DNA of 64,000 nt from Takakia lepidozioides (taxonomy: Eukaryota; Plantae; Bryophyta). Under the pieces are notes generated by a model. That model made no database searches. It was given only the letters and a program-made list of their open reading frames with translations, and was not told the origin of the DNA. A program made the translations under genes and the position numbers. Of the stretch, positions 42,815 to 56,179 are shown in pieces (position 1 is the stretch's first letter; every line of letters begins with the position of its first letter). The stretch is from contig CM060734.1 of assembly GCA_030704615.1 (NCBI GenBank), positions 63,823,426-63,887,425 on the forward strand, written 5' to 3'.

Positions 42815-45696
42815 GGCATTTGCCTTCTGGAATTGTTTGGCGGGATCAGCACCGGATTGGCTACTGTGCTACATGCAGGTGTGCGGGTAAGGCGTTATGT
42901 AGTGTGAATGCAGGGGAGTAACATTGAAAATTTTGTTGGGAATCAAATTACGGCATTGGTGAAGAAGGGAGTGCCTGGTACTAATGTCGGGAGGGAATTA
43001 CCCAGGCCTACAGGTAATTCCATGGGAACACTATGCTCTTGCTCTGCCAGGACAAAATATGGCTAAGTCATAACATGCGCATTTTTCATCCTTGGAATGA
43101 ATGATTTTCGTCGCGTATGTTTAACCTAGAAACTCGAGCTGAGAAAAACGAGGAGGAAGACGACGGGCAACTCTTCACAGCTGCTGCCGTGGAGTTGTCA
43201 GGCAGGCTGGCTTGGGAACTTACACCTGCGCCATGTGAATCAGCTTGCCTTAAAGCGCGACGTTAAGGGATCTGCTTGGCATTTTGTGCAAAGAGAAGCG
43301 GTGCCTCTTTCTGCGTGGTAATAATCAATTTTGAAAGCTGAGCAGGTGCTAAGAGCGGTGCACTACCGCTGCCGCCATTGTCTTGAAGGGTATAGTTATG
43401 AGGAGATAGAGCGCAGCAACAGCTGTTGGGGAATGAGAAGTGCAGGCTGGTGTGGATGCGACTCGGGTTATCTGTAATTAAGACTTGTAGTTACCTTCTG
43501 TCTTAGAGCTGTAGGAGCACATCAATCCTTAGGGCAGAAGTACACATGTAGAAGGATAGGGTAGAGGTTGGCAAGCACAAGGATGTTGCCAGCTGATGAA
43601 GCAAGCCGTCATGACATGATGAGAACTGGAATCAAGATGAGAAGAAGCGTTGAATATGGCTGATGACAGCGATGGTGAGGTGCCAGCTTAGCAGGCAGAA
43701 CCACCGCTTCACACGAGTATAAGACAGATAAGTTCTAAGAGTGTGGGCTTCTCTTTTTGGGCACTTAGGAATGACTTTGTGAAGTTTTTGGAACTGTCTC
43801 TTGTATCTGCTGAAGGGGACAAAAATGTGAGGAGTAGAAAAGGCCTTTGAAAATGGAATGAAGACACTGGAATTCAAACCAGGATAGGGTGGAGATGGAT
43901 GCACCTGTTGTTACACTGTCATTAGGAAAAAGATAGAGGGGACAAGGATAGCTCACATCAGGGTCAGAATGGTTGCTGTTGTTGTGTTCATTTTCTTTAT
44001 TTTCAGTGTCTTCAGCCAGCATAAGCAAACCAGCCCTGGATGTTAAAACAGTGGAGCCAGTGTAGAATTAGCTTGGTGGATAAAGGAGAACAGGGATGGT
44101 CAGACAGAAACGGATTTGAAGAACTGAGAGGGATGACGTGGATGGGGAAGAAAAGTCAATACTGTTTTGGGGTTTGGATCTGATTTATAGAAGTGTTCTC
44201 AACATGTGAATGACTGAGGTTTGCATTTGAGGAGAAAAAGAGAGCTGTCAGGGTGGGTGATTTGAGATCTGTAGAAGGGTTGTGAAGCACCTTGGCCAAA
44301 TAGGATCCACTTGGGGAAAGATAGTGCAAGGAACAGTCACTGGAGAGAGAGAAAAAGAGAAAGACTGACAGAGGGGCAGATCATGTCTTGTAACCAAGGT
44401 TGACTTCAATGATGGATGCACTGGATGCCTGGCTGGATGTGCATTTGCATTGCATCATAGCCATGCTGTTGTGAAAAAATGAGGAATCCACACACCAAGG
44501 AAAAAGGATTTGAGAGAAAGAAAAAGTGAAAAGGGAGAAGGGTTGATGAGGGATGGACAAATGGAGAGGCAAGGTCAAGAAGACATGAACCCTGAATGAT
44601 CAAACTAGTGGGCCTGCAGTTCATGGCAGATCTGAGCTGTCCACCCGCCTAGACCGTGATCTCATTACAAAAAGGGGCTTCCGACGTGTTGCAGACCAAG
44701 GGCACTGCCCACAAGGGCAGTGTTTATCACTGACATAGGGCTGATTGCATCACTGAATACATCGTGGCAGCATAGTTGGTGCTGTACCTGCAGGTAGAGG
44801 ATGTTGTGTAAAAGGTAGAACCAAGAGTGAACAACAATTTGACTCCCCATCCATGTCTTCTCTTCCGCTGCGGCGTGGATGAGGATTGCTTGAACTCTGA
44901 TCACGAAGGAGCTGAGGGAAACCCACAGCCAAGTGACGACAGTGGGACAGATTAGAAGAACCTTCTTTCTTTTGCTCCGCTTAGAATGGAAGGAAGCACA
45001 ATTAGAATTATACAGAAGGGGATTCACGCCCCTTCTTTTTCACACTACAGTTACTTGTATTGGAGAGGGATGAGACTGCACGACCTGTCTCACTCCGTCA
45101 TGTTGCTCAGATGGTGCAGCAGTACCCTGAGTTGTTGCCGGTGTCTGCAGTTCGTGGATACCAGCAAGCCTTGCTAGCAGACATTTTGTTCCTGGGGGCG
45201 CAGGATTTGGAGCAGGTGGGCTCCATTGATTTGGTAGTGGCATGTTGGCCCTGCCAAGGGCATTCATCAGCCGGACATGGCAATGGATTGCGAGACTCGA
45301 GGTCGGGTCTGTTTTGGGAGATGGTGCGGGTTTTGCGCCACTTGCAGCTTCATCAAGCTGTATCTCCAGCATACATCTTAGAGAATGTGCCACTGATGGG
45401 CGATTCTCGAGCCAGGGTGATGGCCAGTGTGCATCAAGTCCGGTCGTGGCTTGGGTCAGCAGTGTTGCTGGATGCAGCTGCAGTGGGCTCACGGGCTCAT
45501 CGTCCACGGCTATGGTGGACTAACTTGATGCCACCCACACTGCTCAAGCGTGCATTTGATGGGGTGCAGCGGCCAACACACCTCACAATGGATAGCATTT
45601 TGGACACATGGAGGCAGTCTCAACGTGTGAGACACGATGACCGTTCGCCTTTGGCAATGGTCAACAGGGTGGGTCAACCACGAGTAGCATTACCTA
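42815..45696 (+). pseudogene. C5 cytosine DNA methyltransferase domain (DNMT3-like) within pol, split by a 2.15-kb insertion and truncated at the 3' end
   Basis: 42815-42897: LLELFGGISTG (motif I), in frame with the protease. 45054-45696: ERD (II), IDLVVACWPCQGHS (IV), RSGLFWE, YILENV (VI), DAAAVGSRAHRPRLWWTN (VIII). Confidence 0.9.
42898..45049. mobile_element. 2152-bp non-coding TG...CA insertion (solo LTR or Ginger-like non-autonomous element)
   Basis: 11-bp perfect inverted termini TGTAGTGTGAA / TTCACACTACA, 4-bp TSD GTTA (42894-42897, 45050-45053). Removing it restores the methyltransferase sequence RRYLY. Confidence 0.88.
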
Positions 45697-46744
45697 CATG
45701 CCGCACTAACCGTGCACATTGTGTGGGGTGAGGCACAATCCTCACCCAACCATCCTCCCACACTCGAAGTAGGTGTATCCCCTCCCACTTGAACCTCTTG
45801 GCTCGTTGCAGGATCTGATCCCTCTCCTTGGCAGTCACAGTGGCTGTCGTGTCTCCCGTGCGGAGGTAGCCCAACACAGCCGAATCCTCATGTATATCTC
45901 TGGCACCACCTGGCTCATCACTAGCCTCAGGGTCCTCAGACACTCTATCTACAGTCATCCCTGTTGTAGGTCCAACCTGACCTCCCGATGCCAAGATACA
46001 CAAAAATGCAGATGCGTGCCATCCCAGCACCATCTCCTTGTCCGTCTCACCATGCCACCGAGCTCCGGTGTCATCCTGTTGGCTCGTGCATGGATTGCGA
46101 CTCAATCCATCCGCATCCCGATTGACCAAACCCGGTCGATGCACAACCTGAAAGTCATACTCCCGGGGTATGAGTGCCCACTGTGCAAGCTTCCCCATAA
46201 GCTTGTCTGACTCCATCAAGCACTTGAGTGGTTGGTGATCCGTGACAAGGGTGAAGAGATTGCCGTATAGATAGCACCTGAAGTGTGCCACGGCCCACAC
46301 TGTAGCTAAGCATTCTCCCTCATATGAGCTATACTTAGACTCTGCAGCGTTGTTTGAGCGGCTAGCATAAGCTACTACGAACTCTCTTCCCTCATCATCC
46401 ACCTGTGTGAGCACCGCTCCAAGCCCCAGCATGCTCCAATCTGTATGCAGCTGAAAAGGACGCCCCCTGATAGGTCGTCTCAAGATGGGCGCCGAGGTCA
46501 ACCTCGCCTTGAGCTCTTTTTAAAGCTCATTCCTGCTCATCTTCCCACTGCCACTTCTGGTCCATCTTGGTCAGCTTGGTTAGAGCCTTTGCAATGGCAC
46601 TAAATCCCTTAACAAACCGTCTATAATAGATTGCTAACCCCATGAAAGCTCAAACTCGGCTCACATCCGTGGGGCATGGAATCTGTGCAATGGCCTCTAC
46701 CTTAGTCTGCTGCACCCCCAATCCTCAAGGATATATCATGTGGC
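45697..46744 (-). pseudogene. Inverted duplicate of the RT C-terminus, RNase H and linker of the outer element
   Basis: FQLHTDWS...VAYASRSNNAAESKYSSYEGECLA...VTDHQPL; reverse complement of ~59719-60770. Confidence 0.9.
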
Positions 46745-49700
46745 CCCGGGGGGTGCACTCTTTATAAACTGTGCGTATCACGTGCGTTCGTCGCCTAATA
46801 AAAAAACCCCCTGTATACGGGTCCTTGGATAATTTATACCCCCTCTGTACATACTTTTTGAAGAATATAAAATCCCCTCCTGTAAATATACAAAAATTTA
46901 CAATTTTCGAAAAGTACCCCCTTCTGTATGTATATTCTCATTTTTCATCATTAAAAATAACCCTCCAATATGTATATGTATGTTTTTATATTATATCGAA
47001 TTTATTCATTTAAAACATAATAAAATCTAACAAATTAATTAAAAAAATTATTTGCCTTTGATAAAGTTGTCAAAGACTTTTCGGTCATTTGCATCAAGAA
47101 CATATGTGTTTGACTTGACATTGTACTTTAAACATGCTAACGCGATAATGGAATCCAAATCAACCATCATGTTATCCGTCAAATCGTACGTATAGACCCC
47201 TCCTCGAATTTTTTGGTACCATGCTAACCCAATCTCCATATGAGAGGGACGCTCCAATAAATCAACAGAATCCCTACATTCTACAAACCGCTTATTGATT
47301 TTCTTCCGCATTCTTTGAACCCTGCCCAAATACCAAGTGCCTTTGGTTGCTCCTCTGCAGGTTTTCCCTGGTCTACCATTCCTGTTTGTAGTTTGGATCG
47401 CAGTCTCCCCATCAACAAAAAATACAGCACAATCCGAACCCAATCCCAAGCTCGTGGCTTTGTTGCTGGTAGTTGGTTTGTTTTCTCGACAAAACAACAT
47501 CGATGCACTTCTTACTCGTGTCAATCTATCCTTGGATAGAGTAGGGTTGCCATTGAGTTGGCTAACCAAAGTGCTTTTGAATATGGTCTTCCCGTCTACT
47601 TTGACAAATGGAACCACTGCCTTCGATCCATCTTTCTCTTGTTCAAACTCATCAATGACAGCATCCAGAGTATGTCTCAATTCACTTTGAACAAGTACCT
47701 CTTCTGCATGATCATCCAAAGGTTGGCTCAAAACATCCTCCATTGAATTCGAAGGCCCGCACACCAATTCATCTTCCACGACCTCATTTTGAATATGTGT
47801 GTCTGCATTAAGAGGACAAATAGAATCTATGGCATTGACATCATCACCCTCCTCTTCCATGCTTTTGAATAGCTCGACCTCCATTTGTCTCTCAATTGTC
47901 CATGGCTCATTCCACCAATCCAAGTTTGTTGCTTTGTTTGGTTTCATCCCAAGTTTATGGCATAAAAGTTGCGCTTCTAGAAATCCAGTTTTCAAAGCCT
48001 CCACAATGCAATCATCCGATTGGACAGTAGAAAAGTCGGACAAATCAGCAAGGGGGATACCTGGCTTCTTCTCCAAAGAAGACCATATGTGTTCTTGTTT
48101 CTTGTGAGCTCTTGAGAACTTGGGTCCTTTTGGATTTGCCTCGAACTCGGATATGCGTGTTAATGCTCCCGCACTCTCAATCAAATCACACCCGTCATAT
48201 GTCCTCTCATTCCGTGACATACCTCCCACTTTGCTGAAGAATATTTCACACACATCTGAACCAACAAGGCTCAAATGAACTTGCACATGATTAAACTTAT
48301 CCTTGAACAATTTGATAAGTAGAACCACGTAGTGGCATGAAATTTGTAAATCCAAGTATGCTTCCCTGCTAATGAAGAAGGATTTCAGATTATACACCTC
48401 GTGCTGGAATAGCCACAACTTCCACAATCTGAAAAAAAAATGATACCTTCGCAGCAGATTGTACCCTCTCACACAATGACATGTGAGGAGACAAAAAAAT
48501 GTCGATGTAGCATGAAATGATGTATAGGTAAATTTCAGTACCTTTGGTCCTCTCTCTTCGATGATTCACAGTTGATTGTAACTCCCTCAAACAAGCTTGC
48601 ACCTTCCGAGATGCCAGTCGTTGAGCTGCTGCCCAATTCTGTCGATCTTCTCTTTTGATATCACATTCCCGAAGTCCATGCTTGTCCACTGAAAATGAAT
48701 GGTAGACCAATAACACATGATTCAATGTAGCAACCTCATCACCCAACACCAAAGTCCGTGATGCACTGTCCAAGGGATTTACCAATTTTTTCCCATTGTG
48801 GATGAAGTCCTGATCATGGAGTCCGTATATATCTCCCCCGTTGCACACTCGACCTGTAAACAACCATCCTTCCCAAGGGATGCAAAATCTATTTCCAGCC
48901 CCATTGGCATAATCTTCTAACATCACTTTTCTCCTCCTACTATCTCCGTCTGAAGCATGCCCAATTATAGGCCCAACCACGTCCCTCACATATTTGTCCC
49001 ACAACTGTCTCACCACTTCCCATTGTGATCTCACAAAATTGTTGTCAAATCTATTGCAAGTGAGCTGGATTACCAATACCAATCGAGGTAACCGTACATG
49101 TAGAGGATTTGCTATCAACACTCTAGCATAATGGGCAACCACATTGTTTTTGAATGCCTCCACAATATGTTGGTACCCTGATTCCCCTTCTCCCACTTGC
49201 ACCACAAAATTTGAAATACATACATGGTTGTCTTGAAGCCCACAAACCCGAGAAAGGTGTCATCCCTAGCAATCCAACGTACCAATCGCTTCACAACAGT
49301 TTCATCTTCGGCCACCATCACTGGGATGCTTCCCAATGGAATATTTGCATCTTCCATCACATCTCTGTAAATTCCAGCCACATGCTGAAATATATCATCC
49401 GTTTCTCCCGCTCTATACTTCAAACCTTTCCTCAAAGACCGTTTGTAGTATCAATAGAAGGACCCCCCACATTTGAAGCCAAAAAATGATGCAATCTCGG
49501 ACCCCCCCAAAGCTGCACAGTCTCAAACATTGTTTTTGTGCTAGTACCATACCTCTTCCCTTGTGGAGACCTGTCAATATTCTTGCCCATATCAACAAAA
49601 AATCCCACAAACTTTCTTTTCCTTCAAAATCCCCCCTCCTATGTGCATCAACAATATCACGACAAAATTTGAGAACATCTCCTCTTTCAATTGCCTCAAT

Positions 49701-51210
49701 CCCAGACTCCTTCAAACTCCTACATCGCACAGACAATGATGCCACTTTGGTCCTGGCCTCCCACAATTTGAACCTCAACTGCCTCAACTCCTGTCTGTTT
49801 TTGTAAACTTGTTTGACAATCTCCGCATTTCCAAGATATGACAACCTTCTTCCCTTGCCAGTATCTCTCTCCCCTCTACATTCCATGGCACCTCTTTCTC
49901 TATATACCCTCATTCTGAAGTCATTTTCCAAGGGAATGGAAGAACATGCTGAACATCTCAAGTTTGGAAATGGCTCCCCATCCAATGACACTCTAAAACA
50001 ATCCGCGTGCCAAAACGTACCAACAACCTTATGCTCTTGATTGTTTAGAGTGATGGTTGCATTTGTCAACGGCTCGACATACCACTTCTTTCCTCCCTTG
50101 CTATCTTGAAGGAATGGTTTCAGACTTATTCTCTGCTGGTTGTACTCCCACCATTCATCCCATAGGCCCCAACACAAACTGCTTCCACAATCTCAAATCT
50201 GTTTCCAGGATTGTCCTCACAAAACCGAGCGACTTCCTCTAATGCCTCCTTCACCCTGTTCTTCTTTGCGTCTAATGCTTCATCTGCATTTACAGGGCTG
50301 ATGACACATTGTGATGAACCCTTCCCATGACGCCTCTCATAGGCTATGCGATGCCCCTCACTCCTCAAATGAGATCTCATAAAGTTTGCACATGCATCAT
50401 ATGGTTTGTTTTTCCCAGACCGTGCATAAACATCCTCACACTCAACACACCATATGTGGAACATTGCTTGTCCTTGTTGATCCTTTGTCATCAGCTCAAA
50501 CTTGTCACATCGTCCTTCTGCAGAGATTTTCCTTTCAACGGCTCTAATCTCTTTCTGCCATTTTTGAATATCGTTGGATGTAGCCAACGTGCTGCACAAT
50601 CTACCATATCTCTGCTGAAGTGCATGCTCATGTGCATGGTCTTCATTTCCACCATTGCCAGCAAAGGGTGTATCAGGGTCCATCCTCATCTTGGTAGACA
50701 CTGGTGTCGGGTCCTCACCTGGTCTGTCCTCATGCAAGATCGTAGAACCACTGGAAGATAGAGGTCTTTTCAATCCTTGGTCCCCATCATTTTGGTCTGA
50801 AATCTTAATGTGTACAGTATCCCCTTTCAGAACCATCCTCTCTTCTTGCTTGGCTGAAAGGACACTACCCCCCATGGAAAGGAAATGAAATTTTGCTGAG
50901 ACAAGCTCATCACCTATAATTTCTGCTCGGATGCATTTGTATGTGACACCTTGCATAGTGAACACAGAACCAAGCCTGTTTGGTGATGCATCTCCTCCAA
51001 CAAGCAGGACTTTTACTTCCAACCCTTCTTCCATGATGAGTTCACCTGCAAAATGCAATGAAAATATTTCAAATCAGACCTTGATAGACCAATAACAAAG
51101 CACCCGGGTTGGAAGGTTCCAAAGTCCTGTTTTATACAACCCTATAGGCTGTCCAAGTAGGAACTACGTTCATAAGAGGATGAAATGTATACAGAAGCAA
51201 GTACCTGATT
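46745..51210 (-). mobile_element. P-superfamily (P element/THAP9-like) DNA transposon, copy 1; transposase 51034 to 47048, frameshifted
   Basis: Motifs VAEDET, GHASDGD, DFIHNGKKLVN (DxxH..K..N), DRQNWAAAQRLAS, TEIYL...IDIF and GSDVCEIFFS. N-terminal C2H2-like finger. Terminus CCCGGGGGGTGCACTC. Confidence 0.72.
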
Positions 51211-51539
51211 GATGAGTTTGATGTTGTTAATTTTTTGCTGCTGCTATTGACCAAATGCTGCTACTTCCACTGCTGGTAGCCCTCTTGGGTGATCCCGAAC
51301 CCACAGTCCATCCTTGCATCAGCGGCTAGCCCTCCCTCCACACTAACATATTTAAATACAAAGTTATGTCAAACTCCCTACGATGTTGCATGAAGAAAGC
51401 TCACCTTGTTGACAATATTGTCCCACCGCTGTGGATCAAATTTATAGAACTCCTGCCAGCGCTGTTCCTTGCTCCAAATCTGGCCCTCTTGGATGATTTT
51501 GCACCCACGATCCTCTCCCTGCATCAACAGCTACCCCCT

Positions 51540-54160
51540 CCCTCCACACTAACAATGCGTACATCATGCCTCTGCAGCTACTACTGTGGCTTCCAGTTGA
51601 CCATCTACCCATCCAGGTTTCTTGTAGCTATCATTCCACATGGAATCATAGGTAATCTGGAGCTTGGAATCCGCCATCTGGAAATCTAGGGACGACTCTG
51701 ATAATAGGGAAAAACAGGCTGAAATGTGTTGAAGAAGGTACCTTCATTAGCAGTCCCTTGTTCTATCTATTATCTTTTTTTAGGTACTGTCATGCTACCA
51801 CACTCGGCAGCAACTTGCAAAGTCACTCCAGAGCACCGCAGATCCACCCAACGAGCTAACTTACAGAATTCAATACATATGCTTCAGGGCTGAGTCTGAT
51901 GAGAGGGAAAAACAGGCTGAAACAGGTCAAACCAGAAGGTCAGGCTGAAATACGTTGAAGAAGGTACCTTTCATCAGCAGTGCCTTGCTTTATCAATTGC
52001 GCTGTTGCCGCTGCTGTTTCCAGTTGACCATCCACCCACATTGTCCCACCATTGACTGGGGTCAGAAAAGTGTCTCATTCCAAAGCTTCTCTTCATCTCT
52101 GTGGTGCTATTGTAGGGTGGCTTCAATGCCCAAGTGGGCAAAGGGCTCCATCAGGAAGATATCATTGGGTCTTCTGGTGAGGACGAGCTGAATTCTAATG
52201 GCAGACGGTTAATTAACTGTCTGGAAGAGCTTCAGCTTTTGACCTTGATTAACAAGACAAGAGGTGACCAAGTACAGTGGACTCGTGAGAAATCCCAAAC
52301 TGGGGAACGTTCCATTGTGGACTATATCATAATGGACAAAAATTTGTTCCCCCAGTGTGCCAATGTGTTGATCGACAGAAGTGATATTGGTACCTCTGAC
52401 CACTTTCTGGACTGAGATCAAAAGGTGTTTTCCCAAGGCCAGAGTAGAAGAGATTCTCAAGGACCTGGACCTGGATCCGCAAGTCTTGACCCTGCTGGAT
52501 AAATCAGACTTAGAGGCTGTAGTGTCCAAAGCCATGTCTATTGCCATGAGATTGTCTGATGAAAATGAAGTTAGGCATAAAACTTCCCTGAACTTGTTTC
52601 TAGTCAGTGACATGGGGGAGGACATCTTGGATGACCTCAAGGGTCCACCCACTCTCGGCACTAGACTGAAATTTAAACTCAGGGAAGGAAGCCTACCTTT
52701 GAACATGAAACAGAAGCAGAGAGGAAAGGGGGAGTGCACTCTCCCAAGTGAACCTGCATCATTCAGTTGGCAAGACCGTGGCTGAAAAATTGATCCATTT
52801 GAAGACACCACGGTGCAGCTGAGCACAGCCTGACATGACAACAATTAAACATCATACTGAGACAAGAGAAGCAGTCAAGGACACAGTCATGCATATGGCA
52901 GCAAGTGATCACCCTTCAAACATGATTGAAAACATACATGAGGTCAAAGGCAATAAGAAATCAGCGAAGGGTACTGCAGCTAACAGTTGGAGTGTCTTTA
53001 AAGACAAAGGGAAGAGAAAGAAACACTTCACTGGCAATGAGGGGAGGCTGTGGAAACGCCAAGAGGATGGCACAAATGATAGAAATAACAGGCTGGGCAA
53101 AGGATCCTGCAGGAAGAAGAAAGGGTGTGTCAGCATGGAAAGGACGTGCGGCTCATTCCAACAGAAAGGGGAACATGAGTCTGAGTGAGAGGGAAAAACA
53201 GGCTGAAACAGGTCAAACCAGAAGTCAGGCTGAAATACGTTGAGAAGGGTACCTTTCATCAGTCCCAGTGCCTTGCTTTATCAATTGCGCTGTTGCCGCC
53301 TGCTTCGTTTCCAGTTGACCATCCACCCACTATTGTCCCCCCATTGACTGGGTCAGAAAAGTTTCTCATTCCAAAAGCTTCTCTCAAATCTCTGTGGTGC
53401 TATTGTAGGGTGGCTTTCAATGCCCAAGTGGGCCAAGGGCTCTCATCATCAGAATATATCATTGGGTCTTCTGGTGAGGACGAGCTTAATTCTAATGGCA
53501 GACGGTTAATTAACTGTCTGGAAGAGCTTCAGCTTTTGACCTTGATTAACAAGACAAGAGGTGACCAAGTACAGTGGACTCGTGAGAAATCCCAAACTGG
53601 GAACGTTCCATTGTGGACTATATCTAATGGACAAAAATTTGTTCCCCCCAGTGTGCCCAATGTTGTTATCGACAGAAGTGATATTGGTACCCTGGTACCC
53701 CTTGACCACTTTCTGGACTGAGATCAAAAGGTGTTTTCCCAAGGCCAGATAGAAGAGATTTCTCAAGGACCTGGACCTGGATCCGCAAGTCTTGACCCTG
53801 CTGGATAATCAGACTTAGAGGCTGTAGTGTTTACCAACTTTGAAAGTCTCGAGGCTGAGCCAAAAGCCCAGGCCCCTCCTGAGGCCTAGTTTTTGGGCAA
53901 ATCACACACAGCAGATTGATTCTGTGTGAAGTGTTTTCTAGAGGATATCTGGAAACCCGGATTAATACTTATACTTATCGATGGTATCTTACTACCAACG
54001 TCGCCCTGTTCCTTTGTTCCCACTGAACTGGGCGCGGGGTCAATGGCCAAGGCTACGGCAAACAATGTCTTATGAGTACAATCTCATCCTTATCATCCCT
54101 CGCCTTTTGGAAAATTCCACCATAATTGAAGGCAATTGGTTGTTGTACTTAACTGCACGA
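51540..54160. other. Mosaic of PDF-motif/PPR-linker fragments (minus) and LINE fragments (plus)
   Basis: Minus strand: PRFPD...ITYDSMWNDSYKKPGWVDGQL and DEEKLWNE..SDPSQWWDN. Plus strand: NSNGRRLINCLEELQL...SIVDYII...SDH, LGTRLKFKLREGSLPL, and a LINE-like 3' end near 54030-54060. Confidence 0.7.
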
Positions 54161-56179
54161 ATGTTCCCCTTTCTGTTGGAATGAGCCTCACGCACCCAAC
54201 ACGACATGCATGAGCACGCACACACCCTTCTTCTTCCTGCAGGATCCTTTGCCCAGCCCTGTTATTTCTATCATTTGTGCCATCCTCCTTTGCCGTTTCC
54301 ACAGCCTCCCCGTCCCCTCATTGCCAGTGAAGTGTTCTTTCTCTTATTCTTCTTTGTTTAAGACACTCCAACTGTTAGCTTGCAGTACCCTTCACTGATT
54401 TCTTATTGCCTTTGACCTCATGTATGTTTTCAATTTCAATCATGTTTGAAGGGTGATCACTTGCTGGCCTATGCATGACTGTGTCCTTGACTGCTTCCTT
54501 CTTGTCTCAGTATGATGTTTAATTGTTGTCATGTCAGGCTGTGCTCAGCTGCACCGTGGTGTCTTCAAATGGATCAATTTTCAGCCACGGTTTTGCCAAC
54601 TGAATGATGCAGGTTCACTTGGGAGAGTGCACTCCCCCTTTCCTCTCTGCTTCTGTTTCATGTTTCAAAGGTAGGCTTCCTTCCCTGAGTTTAAATTTCA
54701 GTCTAGTGCGAGAGTGGGTGGACCCTTGATGGTCATCCAAATGTCCTCCCCCATGTCACTGACTAGAAACAGTTCAGGGGAGTTTTATGCCTAACTTCAT
54801 TTTCATCAGACAATCTCATGGCAATAGAATGGCTTGGACACTACAAACTCTAAGTCTGATTTATCCACCAGGGTCAAGACTTGGGGATCCAGGTCCAGGT
54901 CCTTGAGAATCTCTCTACTCTACGTCTGGCCTTGGGAAACACAACGACCTGTGATCTGAGAAAAAGAGTTCAGATGATGTCATGAAGTACCAATAACTCA
55001 CTTCTGTCGATCAAACACATTGGCACACTGGGGGAACAATTTTTGTCCATTATGATATAGTCCACAATGGAACGTTCCCCAGTTTGGGATTTCTCACCGA
55101 GAGTCCACTGTACTTCTTGGTCACCTCTTGTTCTTGTTAATCAAGGTCATCAAAGCTGAAGCTCTTCCAGACAGTTATTTAACCGTCTACCATTAGAATT
55201 CAGCTCGTCCTCACCAGAATGAGCCCAATGATATATCTCCTGATGGAGCCTCTTTGCCACCACTGGGCATTGAGTGCACCCTACAATAGCACCACAGAGA
55301 TGAGAGAAGCTTTGGAATGAGACACTTTTCTGACCCCAGTCAATGGTGGGACAATGTGGGTGGATGGTCAACTGGAACAGCACAGCAGCGGCAACAGCGC
55401 ACAAATGATAAAGCAAGGCACTGCTGATGAAAGGTACCTTCTTCAACGTATTTCAGCTGAGGGCACCTTCTGGTTTGACCTGTTTCAGCCTGTTTTTCTC
55501 CCTCTCATCAGACTCAGCCCTGAAGCATATGTATTGAATTCTGTAAGTTAGCTCGTTGGGTGGATCTGCGGTGCTTCTGGAGTGACTTTGCAAGTTGCTG
55601 CCGAGGTGGTAGCATGACAGTACCTAAAAAAAGATAATAGATAGAACAAGGGACTGCTAATGAAGGTACCTTCTTCAACACATTTCAGCCTTTTTTCCCT
55701 ATTATCAGTCGTCCCTAGATTTCCAGATGGCGGATTCCAAGCTCCAGATTACCTATGATTCCATGTGGAATGATAGCTACAAGAAACCTGGATGGGTAGA
55801 TGGTCAACTGGAAGCCACAGTAGTAGCTGCAGAGGCATGATGTACGCATTGTTAGTGTGGAGGGAGGGGTAGCTGTTGATGCAGGGGAGGATCGTGGGTG
55901 CAAAATCATCCAAGAGGGCCAGATTTGGAGCAAGGAACGCGCTGGCAGGAGTTCTATAAATTTGATCCACAGCGGTGGGACAATATTGTCAACAAGGTGA
56001 GCTTTCTTCATGCAACATCGTAGGGAGTTTTGACATAACTTTGTATTTAATATGTTAGTGTGGAGGGAGGGCTAGCCGCTAATGCAAGGATGACTGTGGG
56101 TTCGGGATCACCCAAGGGCTACCAGCAGTGGATAGCAGCATTTGGTCAATAGCAGCAGCAAAAATTAACAACATCAAAC

